Positions 20,252-30,054 are shown, numbered from the stretch's first letter. The stretch: DNA of 48,284 nt from an uncultured Caldilineales bacterium (GCA_964460135.1 CAYWPZ010000005.1:1-48284), one strand, 5' to 3'. The notes: generated from the letters alone by a model not told the origin. Translations and numbers: made by a program.

Positions 20252-21365
20252 TGCTACGCTCCTTTGCGATTGGTTTCCAGGCAATCTGATAGCGATAGAA
20301 GAACTGAAACGCCACCAGCGTCACCATCAGCACGCCCAGCAGGGCATAATCCAGCCCGAAGCTCATGTGCAGCTTGCCCTGGACGAAGCGCCCCCCCACC
20401 GACATGCCGCCAAAAAGCAGCGCCACCGGGATCGCCGCCAGGGGGTTGCCGAGCGAGATCAGGCCGCAGATGATGCCGTAGAAGGCCAGATCGCCAAAAT
20501 AGCCATAGTTCACCGTGATCTTGTAGACGCCCGGCACGGCGGCGAAATAATGATAGCCTGCCAGCCCCGCCAGCGCCCCGCCCATGAGAAAGACCAACAA
20601 CGGGATCTTGAATTCGTCGATGCCGGCGTAACGCGCCGCCGCCGGATTCTTGCCGAAGGCGCGGATCTGGAAACCGATCTTCGACCGGGTGAACAGGACA
20701 TGCAACAAGGCCGCCAGGGCCAGAACGACAAACAGAGTGTAGGGAATACCCAGGAACAGAGGCGCGGCCAGGGCTTCGGGCAACTTGAAACTCTCGCCCT
20801 CGCCGCCCCCGCCCATCAGCGGCCCGCCCTCCTTGATCATAAACGAGACCAACCAGAAGGCGATGAAATTGAGCAGCATCGTCACCACGATCTCGTTGAT
20901 CTTGTACTTCCCGCGCAGGAAACCGGCAATGAAAGCATAGGCGGCGCCGGCCGCCATCGCCGCCAGCATCAGCAGCGGGATCAGCACAGGCGGCGCAAGA
21001 CTCCTGGCGTTGGCATTGCGGCCGCCAAAGAGCAGCAACACCGAAAAGACGGCTAACGCCCCCATATACAACTGCCCCGTCATACCGATATTCCATAGCC
21101 CTGCCCGATACGGGATCAGAAAGGCATAGGTGCAGAACAAGAGAAAGATGAAACGGCTGATCGTCAGCGGCAAACCGAAAGGATTGAGAAAGGCATAGGA
21201 GACGATCTCGCGATAGGCGACAAGAGGGTTGACCTTTGCCAGCACGAACAGGATGCTGAAGATGGTCAAGGCGACAAGAATGGCCAAGACCGAGATGCGC
21301 GCGGCATGCCAGCCCGTCAACTTCGGCCTTGTCTCGATCTTTAGATCGCGGCTGCCAATCCTCAT
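20232..21365 (-). CDS. ABC transporter permease (BMP/nucleoside-type importer)
   Basis: 377 aa with about 10 TM helices. ATGA overlap with the ATPase stop at 21362-21365. Confidence 0.85.
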   Translation of the reverse strand: MRIGSRDLKIETRPKLTGWHAARISVLAILVALTIFSILFVLAKVNPLVAYREIVSYAFLNPFGLPLTISRFIFLLFCTYAFLIPYRAGLWNIGMTGQLYMGALAVFSVLLLFGGRNANARSLAPPVLIPLLMLAAMAAGAAYAFIAGFLRGKYKINEIVVTMLLNFIAFWLVSFMIKEGGPLMGGGGEGESFKLPEALAAPLFLGIPYTLFVVLALAALLHVLFTRSKIGFQIRAFGKNPAAARYAGIDEFKIPLLVFLMGGALAGLAGYHYFAAVPGVYKITVNYGYFGDLAFYGIICGLISLGNPLAAIPVALLFGGMSVGGRFVQGKLHMSFGLDYALLGVLMVTLVAFQFFYRYQIAWKPIAKERSNARIPG

Positions 21366-22918
21366 GCTTGCGGCCCTCGCGGTCGCAGCCCGGCCATCAT
21401 CGCCCCCACCCGGTCGCGTTCGCTTTCGGCTGCGGCCATGACGCCCATGAACTCGCCCTCATAGATGGGCGCCACCCGGTCGCTCAGGGCCAGCACCTCA
21501 TCCATATCCTCGGAAATGAGAAGAACGGCGGCCCTGGCCTTCTTGGCCTCGAGGATGCGATTCTGCACGAATTCGGTCGCACCCACATCCAGCCCCTGCG
21601 TAGGCAGATTGGCGATCACCAGGCGCGGGTTGCGCGCCAGCACCCGCGCCAGAATGAGCTTTTGCAGGTTGCCGCCCGACAAATTGCGGGCCTTGACATC
21701 GGCGTTGGGCGTAGCCACGCCATACTCGACGATGAAACCCTCCGTCAGTTTGCGCATGTTGCCATAATCGACAATTCCCCGCCGCGTGAAACGATCATCG
21801 AAATAGTAGTTCATGGTCACATTCTCGACCAGCGAAAAATCGCCGATCGACCCCACCTCGTTGCGTTCGGCTGGAATGTAGCCTATGCCAAGTTGCCAGC
21901 GATCCAGGCTGGAAGACTGGGTGATGTCTTTGCCATCGAGCAGCACCCTCCCCTCTTCCGCTTTGCGTAGCCCGGCCAGCACCTCGGCCAGCTCGTGTTG
22001 GCCGTTGCCCGACACCCCGGCAATGCCAAAGACCTCGCCCTCGTGGACGGTGAACGACACGCCCTTCAGGGCCAAAACGCCGCGATTGCCCAGCGTCGAG
22101 AGATTCTCGACCTGCAGCACCGGCCGGCCCTGCTCGACCTGCGGTCGCTCCACCCTGAAAACCACCTCGCGCCCGACCAACTCGCGGGCCAACCCCTGCT
22201 CGGTCGTTTTGGCCGTCTCCAGCCGGGCCGTCACCCGGCCGCGGCGCAGCACCGTCACCCTGTGGCTGGTGGCCAGGACGATGGGCAGTTTGTGGGTGAT
22301 GAAGGGGATGATCGCCAACTCGTCGGCGGCCATGGCCTCGACCGAAGTGAGCAGTTTCGCGGTCTCCGGCGGCGCCAGGGCCGAGGTCGGCTCATCGAGG
22401 ATGAGGATCTTGGCTCCCCGATAGAGCGCCTTCAGGATCTCCACCACCTGTTTCTCGCCCTCCGACAGTTGCCAGACCATGGCCCTGAGATCGATCTTGA
22501 ACCCGTACCGCGCACAAAGCTCGGTGATCTCCTCTCCCGCCCGCTTCAGATTCAGCACTCGCCCCGCCCGCGGATGCCCCAGGACGATGTTTTCCAGCAC
22601 CGTGTGGGCGTTGACCAGTTTGCGATTTTGGTGAACCATGCCGATGCCAAGTTCGATGGCATCTTGCGGCGAGCTCAACTTCACCCTTCTGCCGCCAACG
22701 AAGATCTCGCCCTCATCCGGCTGCATGAGGCCATAGAGAATCTTCATCAGCGTGCTCTTGCCGGCGCCATTCTCGCCCAGAATGGCGTGGATCTCGCCCG
22801 CCCGCATGTCGAAATCGACCCCGTCATTGGCCACCACGCCGGGGAAACGCTTGGTAATCCCGCGCACCTCGAGCAACGTATCGCCGTGCTTGACCCCCTC
22901 CATCAGATGTCGTGGCAT
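21362..22918 (-). CDS. ABC transporter ATP-binding protein with two fused NBDs
   Basis: Walker A GENGAGKST and GVSGNGQHE. Signatures LSEGEKQ and LSGGNLQK. ATG 22918 (MPRHLMEG) is preferred over the 23005 extension. Confidence 0.9.
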   Translation of the reverse strand: MPRHLMEGVKHGDTLLEVRGITKRFPGVVANDGVDFDMRAGEIHAILGENGAGKSTLMKILYGLMQPDEGEIFVGGRRVKLSSPQDAIELGIGMVHQNRKLVNAHTVLENIVLGHPRAGRVLNLKRAGEEITELCARYGFKIDLRAMVWQLSEGEKQVVEILKALYRGAKILILDEPTSALAPPETAKLLTSVEAMAADELAIIPFITHKLPIVLATSHRVTVLRRGRVTARLETAKTTEQGLARELVGREVVFRVERPQVEQGRPVLQVENLSTLGNRGVLALKGVSFTVHEGEVFGIAGVSGNGQHELAEVLAGLRKAEEGRVLLDGKDITQSSSLDRWQLGIGYIPAERNEVGSIGDFSLVENVTMNYYFDDRFTRRGIVDYGNMRKLTEGFIVEYGVATPNADVKARNLSGGNLQKLILARVLARNPRLVIANLPTQGLDVGATEFVQNRILEAKKARAAVLLISEDMDEVLALSDRVAPIYEGEFMGVMAAAESERDRVGAMMAGLRPRGPQA

Positions 22919-22980
22919 CGGTTCCTCTTGTCGGGCAAACGCATCGTGATCACCAACCGGCCTGCAAACACACTGCGAGC

Positions 22981-23027
22981 ATGAGGCTCTCACCCATCGG
23001 GGCATCGCCCTGGAGTGAGAGCCTCAT
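22981..23027 (-). promoter_or_regulatory. intercistronic stem-loop (13-bp stem) between the SBP and ATPase genes
   Basis: ATGAGGCTCTCAC (22981-22993) pairs with GTGAGAGCCTCAT (23015-23027). Confidence 0.6.
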
Positions 23028-23102
23028 CGTTATCGAACTGCCCCCTTTCGTCGTATCATTCTGGAGGCTTGATGCTACGCGGCGGCAGTGGTAGAGAATG
23101 GC

Positions 23103-24395
23103 CTATTCCAAGATGTTCATGCCTTGCAGGTCGAAGTTGAATTGCGCCAGCAAGAACTCGTCCGTCGCTTTCTCGCCCGCGGGCTTGACCACTGTGCCCG
23201 CAGCCGGGATCGGCAGGCCCTCCAGTTCCAGGCCGGTGCCATTGCTGACGAACTCATGCTCGGTGAAGGGGTCCCATTCGCCCTTCATCATCTGCTCGCG
23301 GCGCTGCTTGACCAGATCGACGATCTCTGCCGGGATCAAGGGCAGGGCCTTGGGGCTGATGGCATCGACGCCGACCTTGCCATCGTTCATGATGTCCACG
23401 GTTGCTTCTTCGGCGCCGTCGGCCAGGGTCATGCTCGATTCCAGGCCCAGATAGAGGACGGTGGGCGCTGCTTCGCCGGCCATCATCGCCTGGATGACCT
23501 TGTCGTAGAGGACTTCCCAGCGGGTGTCGAATGAGACGGCCACGGTGTCGGTGCTCGACCAGCCGTACTCGCCGACGATGTCCATGTCCTTGCCCACGAA
23601 CCAGATGCCCTTCTCGGTAGCCACATCCAGCGGCGAGCCAGAGTCGGTTTGCTGAGTGATCACATCCACCTTGTTTTGATCGACGAGGGCGGTGGCAATA
23701 TCGCGTTCTTCCTGCGGCTTATACCAGTCGCCAGCATACTTGACATAGACCTTGATGTCCTTGTTCAGCAGCTTGGCTGCATCCTGCACGCCCAGATAGA
23801 AGCCGGCCGTGCGGCGGATGACTTGGACATTGGGGAAGGCGGAGACGATGCCGATGTTGCCCGTCTTGGTCAGAGCGCCGGCGATCAAGCCTTCGAGATA
23901 CAGGGCCTGGTATTGGCGGGGGAAGACGCGCAGGAAGTTGGACTTGGTGCTGAGGTCGCTGGCGATGATCGAGATGAAATTGACATCGGGGTATTTGTCG
24001 GCGATGTCTTTCAGCGGCAGGCCCATGAACTCGGCGTTGCCCACAACGATGTCGGCGCCATCGCCTGCAATCATTTCCTCGGCGTAGGGCACCGACAAGT
24101 CCGGCCCCACCTCTTCGCGGAAGACATACTTCACGTTCGGATACTTTGCGGCCAGCCGCTTGCCGGCGCGGTCATGCGCACCCGACCAGGTAGTGCCCTC
24201 GATGACGCTGAAGTGCTCGATAGCCAGGGTGATGTCCTTGGCGGCGGGAGCAGCGGTGGCTTCTTCGGCCGGCGCTTGGGTGGCGGCAGGGGCGGCCGTG
24301 GGCTGAGGCGCCGGCGTTGCTGCCTGTTGGCATGCCGCCAGCAATAGGCTGGCAACCACGAACAGGGCCAACAACAGACTGAACTTCTTGCTCAT
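23103..24395 (-). CDS. BMP-family (PnrA-like) substrate-binding lipoprotein
   Basis: MSKKFSLLLALFVVASLLLAAC lipobox and a Bmp-type fold pattern. ATG 24395 is preceded by AAAAGGAGAAG. Confidence 0.9.
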   Translation of the reverse strand: MSKKFSLLLALFVVASLLLAACQQAATPAPQPTAAPAATQAPAEEATAAPAAKDITLAIEHFSVIEGTTWSGAHDRAGKRLAAKYPNVKYVFREEVGPDLSVPYAEEMIAGDGADIVVGNAEFMGLPLKDIADKYPDVNFISIIASDLSTKSNFLRVFPRQYQALYLEGLIAGALTKTGNIGIVSAFPNVQVIRRTAGFYLGVQDAAKLLNKDIKVYVKYAGDWYKPQEERDIATALVDQNKVDVITQQTDSGSPLDVATEKGIWFVGKDMDIVGEYGWSSTDTVAVSFDTRWEVLYDKVIQAMMAGEAAPTVLYLGLESSMTLADGAEEATVDIMNDGKVGVDAISPKALPLIPAEIVDLVKQRREQMMKGEWDPFTEHEFVSNGTGLELEGLPIPAAGTVVKPAGEKATDEFLLAQFNFDLQGMNILE

Positions 24396-24569
24396 GAACT
24401 TCTTCTCCTTTTGGGGTTGTAGGTGGGGCGGACGATCAAACGACGATGGTGATCGCTTATGCGGTGCTACTACCACTCGCTTTAACGCAAGCTACCGGCC
24501 TGCGCTTTGCTCCTACTCTGCGGGCACAAACCAACCAACCGAAATTGCCCTCATAGAGCAACCGGCACG

Positions 24570-24597
24570 ATTATAGCTATCGCCGGGTGCTTGTCAA
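24570..24597 (-). promoter_or_regulatory. sigma70-type promoter TTGACA-N16-TATAAT for the BMP ABC operon
   Basis: On the minus strand: TTGACA (24597-24592), 16-nt spacer, TATAAT (24575-24570). Predicted leader is about 168 nt. Confidence 0.7.
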
Positions 24598-24630
24598 AGC
24601 GAGGACAAGTCTGATCACAATCCCTGCTGC

Positions 24631-26445
24631 TTGGCGGTCATGCCCCGGCGGTGTATCATTTTCGCCGTGCCTACCACTGCTGCGACGATTGCACCCCAAA
24701 CCCGCCTGGCGCCCGGCGCCAACGATATCCTGGCAGATGTTGCCGCCGGTCATCTGGATTCTCTCAACGCCTACCAGCTCAAGCTCATGGCCTATCGCTT
24801 GCAGCTGGCCGCAGGCTTCGATGACCTGTTGGCGCTGGACGCGCTCGGCTTCCAACCTTTCGATTATCAAATTCGAGCCGCGCGCACGGCCTTGCGGCGG
24901 TTTCGCGGGCGGGGGATGTTGTGCGACGAGGTGGGGCTGGGCAAAACGATCGAGGCCGGCCTGGTGTTGAAGGAGTATCTGCTGCGGCGAATGGTCGAGC
25001 GCGTGCTCATCCTCACCCCGCCGGGGCTGGTGGTACAATGGCGCGAGGAACTAGCGACCAAGTTCGGGCTTAGCGATTTCGTCGCCAGCAGCGAGGAAGC
25101 GTTTCGCAGCCTGGGCGCGGGCGCCTGGGCCAACTTCCCACGCGTCATCGCCTCGCTGGCCACCGCCCGGCGCAGCGAACACCGCCAGGCCATCACCGCC
25201 CAAACCTACGACCTGGTCATCGTCGATGAGGCGCACCACCTCAAGAACCGTACCTCGGCCTCATGGAAACTGGTCAACGAACTGCAGAAGCAATACATCC
25301 TCTTGCTCACGGCCACGCCGGTGCAGAACAGTCTGGCCGAGCTTTACAACCTGGTGACGGTGCTCAAACCCGGCCAGCTGAAAAGCCCCAGAGAGTTCAG
25401 CAAGCAATTCGTGGTGCGCGGCGACCCCCGGCTGCCCAAGAATCGCGGCCACCTGCGCGAACTGCTGAGCGATGTCATGGTGCGGCACTCGCGCGGGCAG
25501 ATCAGCCTGCAACTGCCCCCACGCCGCGCCCACACCGTCCATTTGCCCCTGCACCCCGACGAACACGCCCTCTACGAGCGCATCAGCGGCTTCACACGCG
25601 CCATGATGCGCGACGAGGGATTGGCCAGCGCCCATCGCTTTGGCCTGCGCACCCTGTTGCACGAGGCCGGCAGCAGCGCCGCCGCCACCCGCGCGACCCT
25701 GCTCTCGTTGGCCGAAGTATCGGGCCTGGCCGCGCATCGCCGCGAACTGGTGGACATGGCCGGGCAAGCAGCGGCGGCGGCGACCTCGGCCAAGGCCGAA
25801 GCGTTGAAGAAGGTTTTGGCAGCGCAGGCCAAAACTGCGGGCCAGCACGAGAAGGTCATCATCTTCACCCAATTTCGCGCCACGCAGACCATGCTGGCCG
25901 CACAGATGGCTGCCTGGGGCATTGATTTTGCCCTCTATCATGGCGGCCTCACCGCCGCCCAAAAGGACGCCGCCATCCGCGCCTTTCACGACCACCAGCC
26001 GGTGTTGCTCTCGACCGAGGCCGCGGGCGAAGGTCGCAATCTGCAATTCTGCCGGGTGATGATCAATTTCGATCTGCCCTGGAATCCAATGCGGATCGAG
26101 CAGCGGGTGGGCCGCATCCATCGCGTGGGCCAGGATCAGCCGGTGGACATCTTCAATCTGGCCGCCGAAGGAACCATCGAAGACCATGTGCTCCAGATCC
26201 TCGACCGCAAGCTCAACATGTTCGAGTTGGTCATCGGCGAGATGGACATGATCCTGGGGCAGATGGCCGATGAGCGGGATTTCGAGGACATCATCCTCGA
26301 CCTCTGGACACAGGCTCAGACCCAGCAGCAGTTCTCTGCCGAGATGGCGGCGCTGGGCGAGGCCTTGCTGCAAGCTCGCCGCGAGTATCAGAAGGTGAAG
26401 GACTACGACGAAGCCTTGTTCGGGGAGGATTTCAGCACCGAATGA
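24631..26445 (+). CDS. SNF2-family helicase/translocase
   Basis: Motif I LCDEVGLGKT, II LVIVDEAHHLKN, III LLLTATPVQN, V LLSTEAAGEGRNL, VI NPMRIEQRVGRIHRVGQ. Start is TTG 24631 or ATG 24640. Confidence 0.9.
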   Translation: MAVMPRRCIIFAVPTTAATIAPQTRLAPGANDILADVAAGHLDSLNAYQLKLMAYRLQLAAGFDDLLALDALGFQPFDYQIRAARTALRRFRGRGMLCDEVGLGKTIEAGLVLKEYLLRRMVERVLILTPPGLVVQWREELATKFGLSDFVASSEEAFRSLGAGAWANFPRVIASLATARRSEHRQAITAQTYDLVIVDEAHHLKNRTSASWKLVNELQKQYILLLTATPVQNSLAELYNLVTVLKPGQLKSPREFSKQFVVRGDPRLPKNRGHLRELLSDVMVRHSRGQISLQLPPRRAHTVHLPLHPDEHALYERISGFTRAMMRDEGLASAHRFGLRTLLHEAGSSAAATRATLLSLAEVSGLAAHRRELVDMAGQAAAAATSAKAEALKKVLAAQAKTAGQHEKVIIFTQFRATQTMLAAQMAAWGIDFALYHGGLTAAQKDAAIRAFHDHQPVLLSTEAAGEGRNLQFCRVMINFDLPWNPMRIEQRVGRIHRVGQDQPVDIFNLAAEGTIEDHVLQILDRKLNMFELVIGEMDMILGQMADERDFEDIILDLWTQAQTQQQFSAEMAALGEALLQARREYQKVKDYDEALFGEDFSTE

Positions 26446-28307
26446 GCAAGTTGAAGACGCCTGCCGCGCCCACGCACGAACGTCTGGATGTTCCTGGCTT
26501 CGTCCTTGGCTACCTGGAGAGCCACGACAGCCTGGTCGCGCCCCCGGCCTTCGGCGTCTACGAGGTGGTGATGCCCGACGCCCTGGCAGCCGGCTTCGGG
26601 CTGGCGGCCTACCAGCGACTCAGTTTCGAGCAAACCGAGGCCGAGGATGTGTTGGCGATCGGCGTCGGCCATCCCCTTCTGGAAACGATTGCCCAACGCC
26701 TGGCGGCGCAACCGGCCAATGCGCAGGGCTTCCTGAACAGTGTGCGTCTCGACAAAAAGGGGCTGGCGGCGCTGGCTCAGAAGACCTTTACTTTCCCCAA
26801 CGCCCGTCTTGTCCCCAAGCCCAACGCCATCGAGCAGGCAGCGCTACACCACTACCTGCGTTTCAATTTCAAGGTCACGTTCGACAGCGAGGAGAAACAA
26901 GAGCAGCTGGCGGCGGTGGTGATGGATCTGCAGAGCGGGTCGGCGGTGCGCCAGGCCGAGGTGCTGGCCCGGCTGAACACCTTCGAGCCTGAGCCTGGCT
27001 TTGGCGATCTGCCGGCGGCGCCGCCGCGCTGGTTGGGCGCGGGCAAAGCAATGGCCCCCGACACCCTGGCCTTGCTCCTATCCCGCGCCGAGGCTGCCCT
27101 GCGCGCCGACCTGGCCGACCGTCTGCAAGCGCTGCAGGCGCGCACGCAACGACACCTGGATCTCGACCTGGCCCGCATTGGCGACTATTTCGATGACCTG
27201 GAAGCCGACCTGCACCGCCGTCGCCAGCGCCTGCCGCCGGAGGAGCGCGAACGCGAAGGCGGCATCGATGAAAAGCTGGCGGCGCTGCAAGCCGAGCGGG
27301 CGGCCAAGCTGGCAGATGTGACCGGCCGCTATCACCTGCGCCTGACGCTGGAACTGGTCAACGTCCTCGTACTCGCCCAGCCCAAACTGCTCACGCCGGT
27401 GGAGATCGGCAACCGTACAGCCACACTCAGCCGTATGGTCGTCTGGGACCCGCTGGTGCATCGATTGGAGCCGTTGCTTTGCGATGTATGCGGCGAACCG
27501 GGCGAAGGGCTGCATCTGTGTACAGGCGGCCACCTGGTCCACAGCGGCTGTCTGGCCCCGCAGTGCATCGATTGCAGGCGCGTCTATTGCCATCTCTGCC
27601 GCCAGCAGCTGCGCCAATGCGCCGTCTGCGAGCAGCCGCTGTGCCAACACAGCCTGATCACCTGCCCCACCTGCAAACGCGGGACATGCCGCGCACACCA
27701 AAACCTGTGTCATGCGGCGGATGGCGAGCCGGCCCATCTGCCGGCCGCTGCTCCGAGTAGCCAGCCGCCGCCAGCCCCCCCGCCGCCGCCCGCGGCCAGG
27801 CCCCCCACCAAAGCCGCCAGGCCCACCCCACCTGCGGCCGCCCGCGGCCGGACGCCGCCCAAGCCGGCCAAACTGCCGCCGGTATCGGCCGAAGCGCCGG
27901 TAACGAAAGGGGTGAGGCTCAATGTCGAGATCTATGAAGACCGGCCGGAGATCGTCGCCTATGTGATGCGTTCGACCCATCGCTCTCTTGCCAGACGCAC
28001 CTTCACTCTGACGCACGAAGGCATCCACTGTACGTGCGAGTGCGAGAAAACGCATTGCCGGGCCAACGGCATCATTCACCGGCCGGCCAGCGCCCAAAAC
28101 ATCAGCGAGCAGATCAACGGCTTTCTCGCCGACCTACGCCAGGAGTATCTGGTGCCGTCTCGACACACAAGCTATTTCTTCATCCTTGGCCAACGGATGC
28201 GCGAGGGGCAGACTTTCGTCTTGCCGGCGGTGTGGCGGGTGCAAGAGCGCCTGCGCATGGCACAGGAAGGCTTCGAGGCGCTCTTGCGGCGGCGGCAGGG
28301 AGGGTGA
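26442..28307 (+). CDS. hypothetical protein: coiled coil, multi-CxxC zinc-ribbon cluster, Pro-rich linker, C-terminal globular domain
   Basis: ATGA overlap with the SNF2 stop. 17 Cys in aa 347-423 (nt 27480-27710), including five CxxC pairs. P/A-rich linker at nt 27732-27890. No family recognised by eye. Confidence 0.75.
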   Translation: MSKLKTPAAPTHERLDVPGFVLGYLESHDSLVAPPAFGVYEVVMPDALAAGFGLAAYQRLSFEQTEAEDVLAIGVGHPLLETIAQRLAAQPANAQGFLNSVRLDKKGLAALAQKTFTFPNARLVPKPNAIEQAALHHYLRFNFKVTFDSEEKQEQLAAVVMDLQSGSAVRQAEVLARLNTFEPEPGFGDLPAAPPRWLGAGKAMAPDTLALLLSRAEAALRADLADRLQALQARTQRHLDLDLARIGDYFDDLEADLHRRRQRLPPEEREREGGIDEKLAALQAERAAKLADVTGRYHLRLTLELVNVLVLAQPKLLTPVEIGNRTATLSRMVVWDPLVHRLEPLLCDVCGEPGEGLHLCTGGHLVHSGCLAPQCIDCRRVYCHLCRQQLRQCAVCEQPLCQHSLITCPTCKRGTCRAHQNLCHAADGEPAHLPAAAPSSQPPPAPPPPPAARPPTKAARPTPPAAARGRTPPKPAKLPPVSAEAPVTKGVRLNVEIYEDRPEIVAYVMRSTHRSLARRTFTLTHEGIHCTCECEKTHCRANGIIHRPASAQNISEQINGFLADLRQEYLVPSRHTSYFFILGQRMREGQTFVLPAVWRVQERLRMAQEGFEALLRRRQGG

Positions 28308-28318
28308 AGCCGAGGATT

Positions 28319-28346
28319 AATTTTTATGAAACCTTTCATAAAAATT
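28319..28346. promoter_or_regulatory. perfect 28-bp AT-rich palindrome (13-bp arms)
   Basis: AATTTTTATGAAA-CC-TTTCATAAAAATT. Its last base is the first T of the downstream -35. Confidence 0.8.
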
Positions 28347-28374
28347 TGACCTCCCCCATCCGCATCCCTATAAT
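28346..28374 (+). promoter_or_regulatory. sigma70-type promoter TTGACC-N17-TATAAT
   Basis: TTGACC 28346-28351, 17-nt spacer, TATAAT 28369-28374. Confidence 0.7.
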
Positions 28375-28386
28375 CCATAAAATCCC

Positions 28387-28474
28387 GGAGATTTGGAGAT
28401 TAGAGATTTCGTCACGTCTCACGTCTCACGTCTCACGTCTCACGCCTCACGTTTCACGCCTCACGTCTCACGCC
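28387..28474 (+). repeat. heptanucleotide arrays in the radical SAM leader (3x TNGAGAT then 9x TCACGYY)
   Basis: GGAGATT TGGAGAT TAGAGAT, then TCACGTC x4, TCACGCC, TCACGTT, TCACGCC, TCACGTC, TCACGCC. Ends 15 nt before ATG 28490. Confidence 0.9.
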
Positions 28475-28489
28475 TCCCCGCCACCCCCC

Positions 28490-29992
28490 ATGCGCATCCT
28501 CCTTGCCAGCCCCGAAGCCAAAGTCTGGTCCGAACGCAAACACATCCCGCTCGGCCTGGGCTATCTCGCCGCCGTCTTGCGCGCCGCCGGCCACGATGTC
28601 ATGATCTATGACGCCGCCATCGAAGACGACCCGGTCGATTTCTATCTCGAACAGGCCGAAGCGGCGGGCAAACCCTTCAAGCTGATCGGCATCACCGCCG
28701 CTACGCCCTTGATCGGCGACGCCTGGACGATGGCGAAGACGGCCAAAGGCTACGGCCTGACCACCCTCCTCGGCGGCCCCCATCTCACCATCCTCCCCGG
28801 CGAATCGCTCGGTCCCGAACACCCCTATGTGGACTACACCTTCAAGGGCGAGGCCGAAGATGGCATCGTCGCCTTTGCCGAGGCGCTGGAGCGAGGAGAG
28901 AAGCCGGAGGACAGGGACATCCCCGGCCTCAACTTCCGGCGGGGGGGCGAGATCATCGTCTCGCCGATCTCGCCGATGATCGAAGACCTGGACAGGCTGC
29001 CTTTCCCGGCCCACGACCTGTTCAAGATCGACAAATACACCAACCTGCAACCACTCACCGATGGCCTGGACACGCGCGCCCGCTCGTTCACGATCATCAC
29101 CAGCCGCGGCTGCCCGTACAAGTGCACTTTCTGTTCGAAGCCGGTTACGGGCGACACCTGGCGCGGGCGCAGCGTCGAGAATGTGGTCAAAGAGTGGCGC
29201 TGGCTGGTGCAAGAATTGGGCGCTACCGAGATCGGCGTCACCGACGACATCTGGAATCTGAAACTGCCGCGGGCGAAGGAACTCTGCCGGCGCCTGGTGG
29301 AGGAAGGGCTGAACACCGTGCCCTGGGTGACGGTGCACGGGATGAAAGTCAATCACACCGACCCCGAACTCTTCCACCTGATGAAGGCGGCCGGGGCCAA
29401 GCGCGTGGGCTTTGGCGTCGAGAACGGCGACCCCTGGATGCTGAAGAACGTCATCCGCAAGGGTCAGACGCTGGACATGGTGCGCGATGCCTTCCGCTGG
29501 GCCAAAGCCGCCGACTTGCAGACCATGGGCTTCTTCATCTTTGGCATGCCGCGCGACACCGAGGAAACGATGGAGAAGACCATCCAACTCGCCCTGGAAC
29601 TGGACCCCGACCTGGCCAACTTTATGCTGGCGGCGCCCTTCCCTGGCACCAAGATGTGGGATATGATCAAGGAAGGCGGCGAGGTCTTCGCCCACGAGTG
29701 GCCCGATTACGCCATCCACGACCAGAAGGCGCGCTTTACCATGCACGACGGCTCGTATGACCCCGACCTGGTGGTGCGCAAATGGCGCCAGGCCTATCGC
29801 CGCTTCTATCTCTACCGCCCCAAACGCGTGTGGGAGAAGATGTCGAAGAAGAGCTTCTGGACCGAGCTGCCGAGCACAATTAGCAACGCCCGCCGCTTTT
29901 TCATTGGCCGCCAGGATCAGCATGCCCCCGCCAGCGTCAGCCCCGAAGAGCCGGTGACGAGCATGAAGGGGTTGATCGAGCGGACGCTTTGA
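28490..29992 (+). CDS. B12-binding domain radical SAM protein
   Basis: N-terminal cobalamin-binding-type Rossmann segment (MRILLASPE...[20 protein letters not shown]) and radical SAM cluster motif [14 protein letters not shown]. The upstream in-frame extension to 28034 overlaps the previous gene. Confidence 0.9.
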   Translation: MRILLASPEAKVWSERKHIPLGLGYLAAVLRAAGHDVMIYDAAIEDDPVDFYLEQAEAAGKPFKLIGITAATPLIGDAWTMAKTAKGYGLTTLLGGPHLTILPGESLGPEHPYVDYTFKGEAEDGIVAFAEALERGEKPEDRDIPGLNFRRGGEIIVSPISPMIEDLDRLPFPAHDLFKIDKYTNLQPLTDGLDTRARSFTIITSRGCPYKCTFCSKPVTGDTWRGRSVENVVKEWRWLVQELGATEIGVTDDIWNLKLPRAKELCRRLVEEGLNTVPWVTVHGMKVNHTDPELFHLMKAAGAKRVGFGVENGDPWMLKNVIRKGQTLDMVRDAFRWAKAADLQTMGFFIFGMPRDTEETMEKTIQLALELDPDLANFMLAAPFPGTKMWDMIKEGGEVFAHEWPDYAIHDQKARFTMHDGSYDPDLVVRKWRQAYRRFYLYRPKRVWEKMSKKSFWTELPSTISNARRFFIGRQDQHAPASVSPEEPVTSMKGLIERTL

Positions 29993-30003
29993 CGCAGGAT
30001 CGC

Positions 30004-30032
30004 TTGCCGGGCGCGTTTGGCTGCGCGATAAT
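30004..30032 (+). promoter_or_regulatory. possible promoter TTGCCG-N17-GATAAT
   Basis: Hexamers at 30004-30009 and 30027-30032. GGAGG at 30039-30043 precedes ATG 30055. Confidence 0.4.
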
Positions 30033-30054
30033 GGCGTCGGAGGCTTGGCCAACT

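Noticed and set aside
28026-28082. SWIM zinc finger in the C-terminal domain of the 621-aa protein ([17 protein letters not shown])
   Set aside because: It starts with CxC but lacks the canonical CxCx(n)CxH spacing. It is kept only as a hypothesis to test by HMM.
28034-28489. In-frame upstream extension of the first radical SAM ORF
   Set aside because: It overlaps the 3' end of the zinc-ribbon gene, then reads through the palindrome, promoter and heptamer array. There is no start codon between 28034 and ATG 28490.
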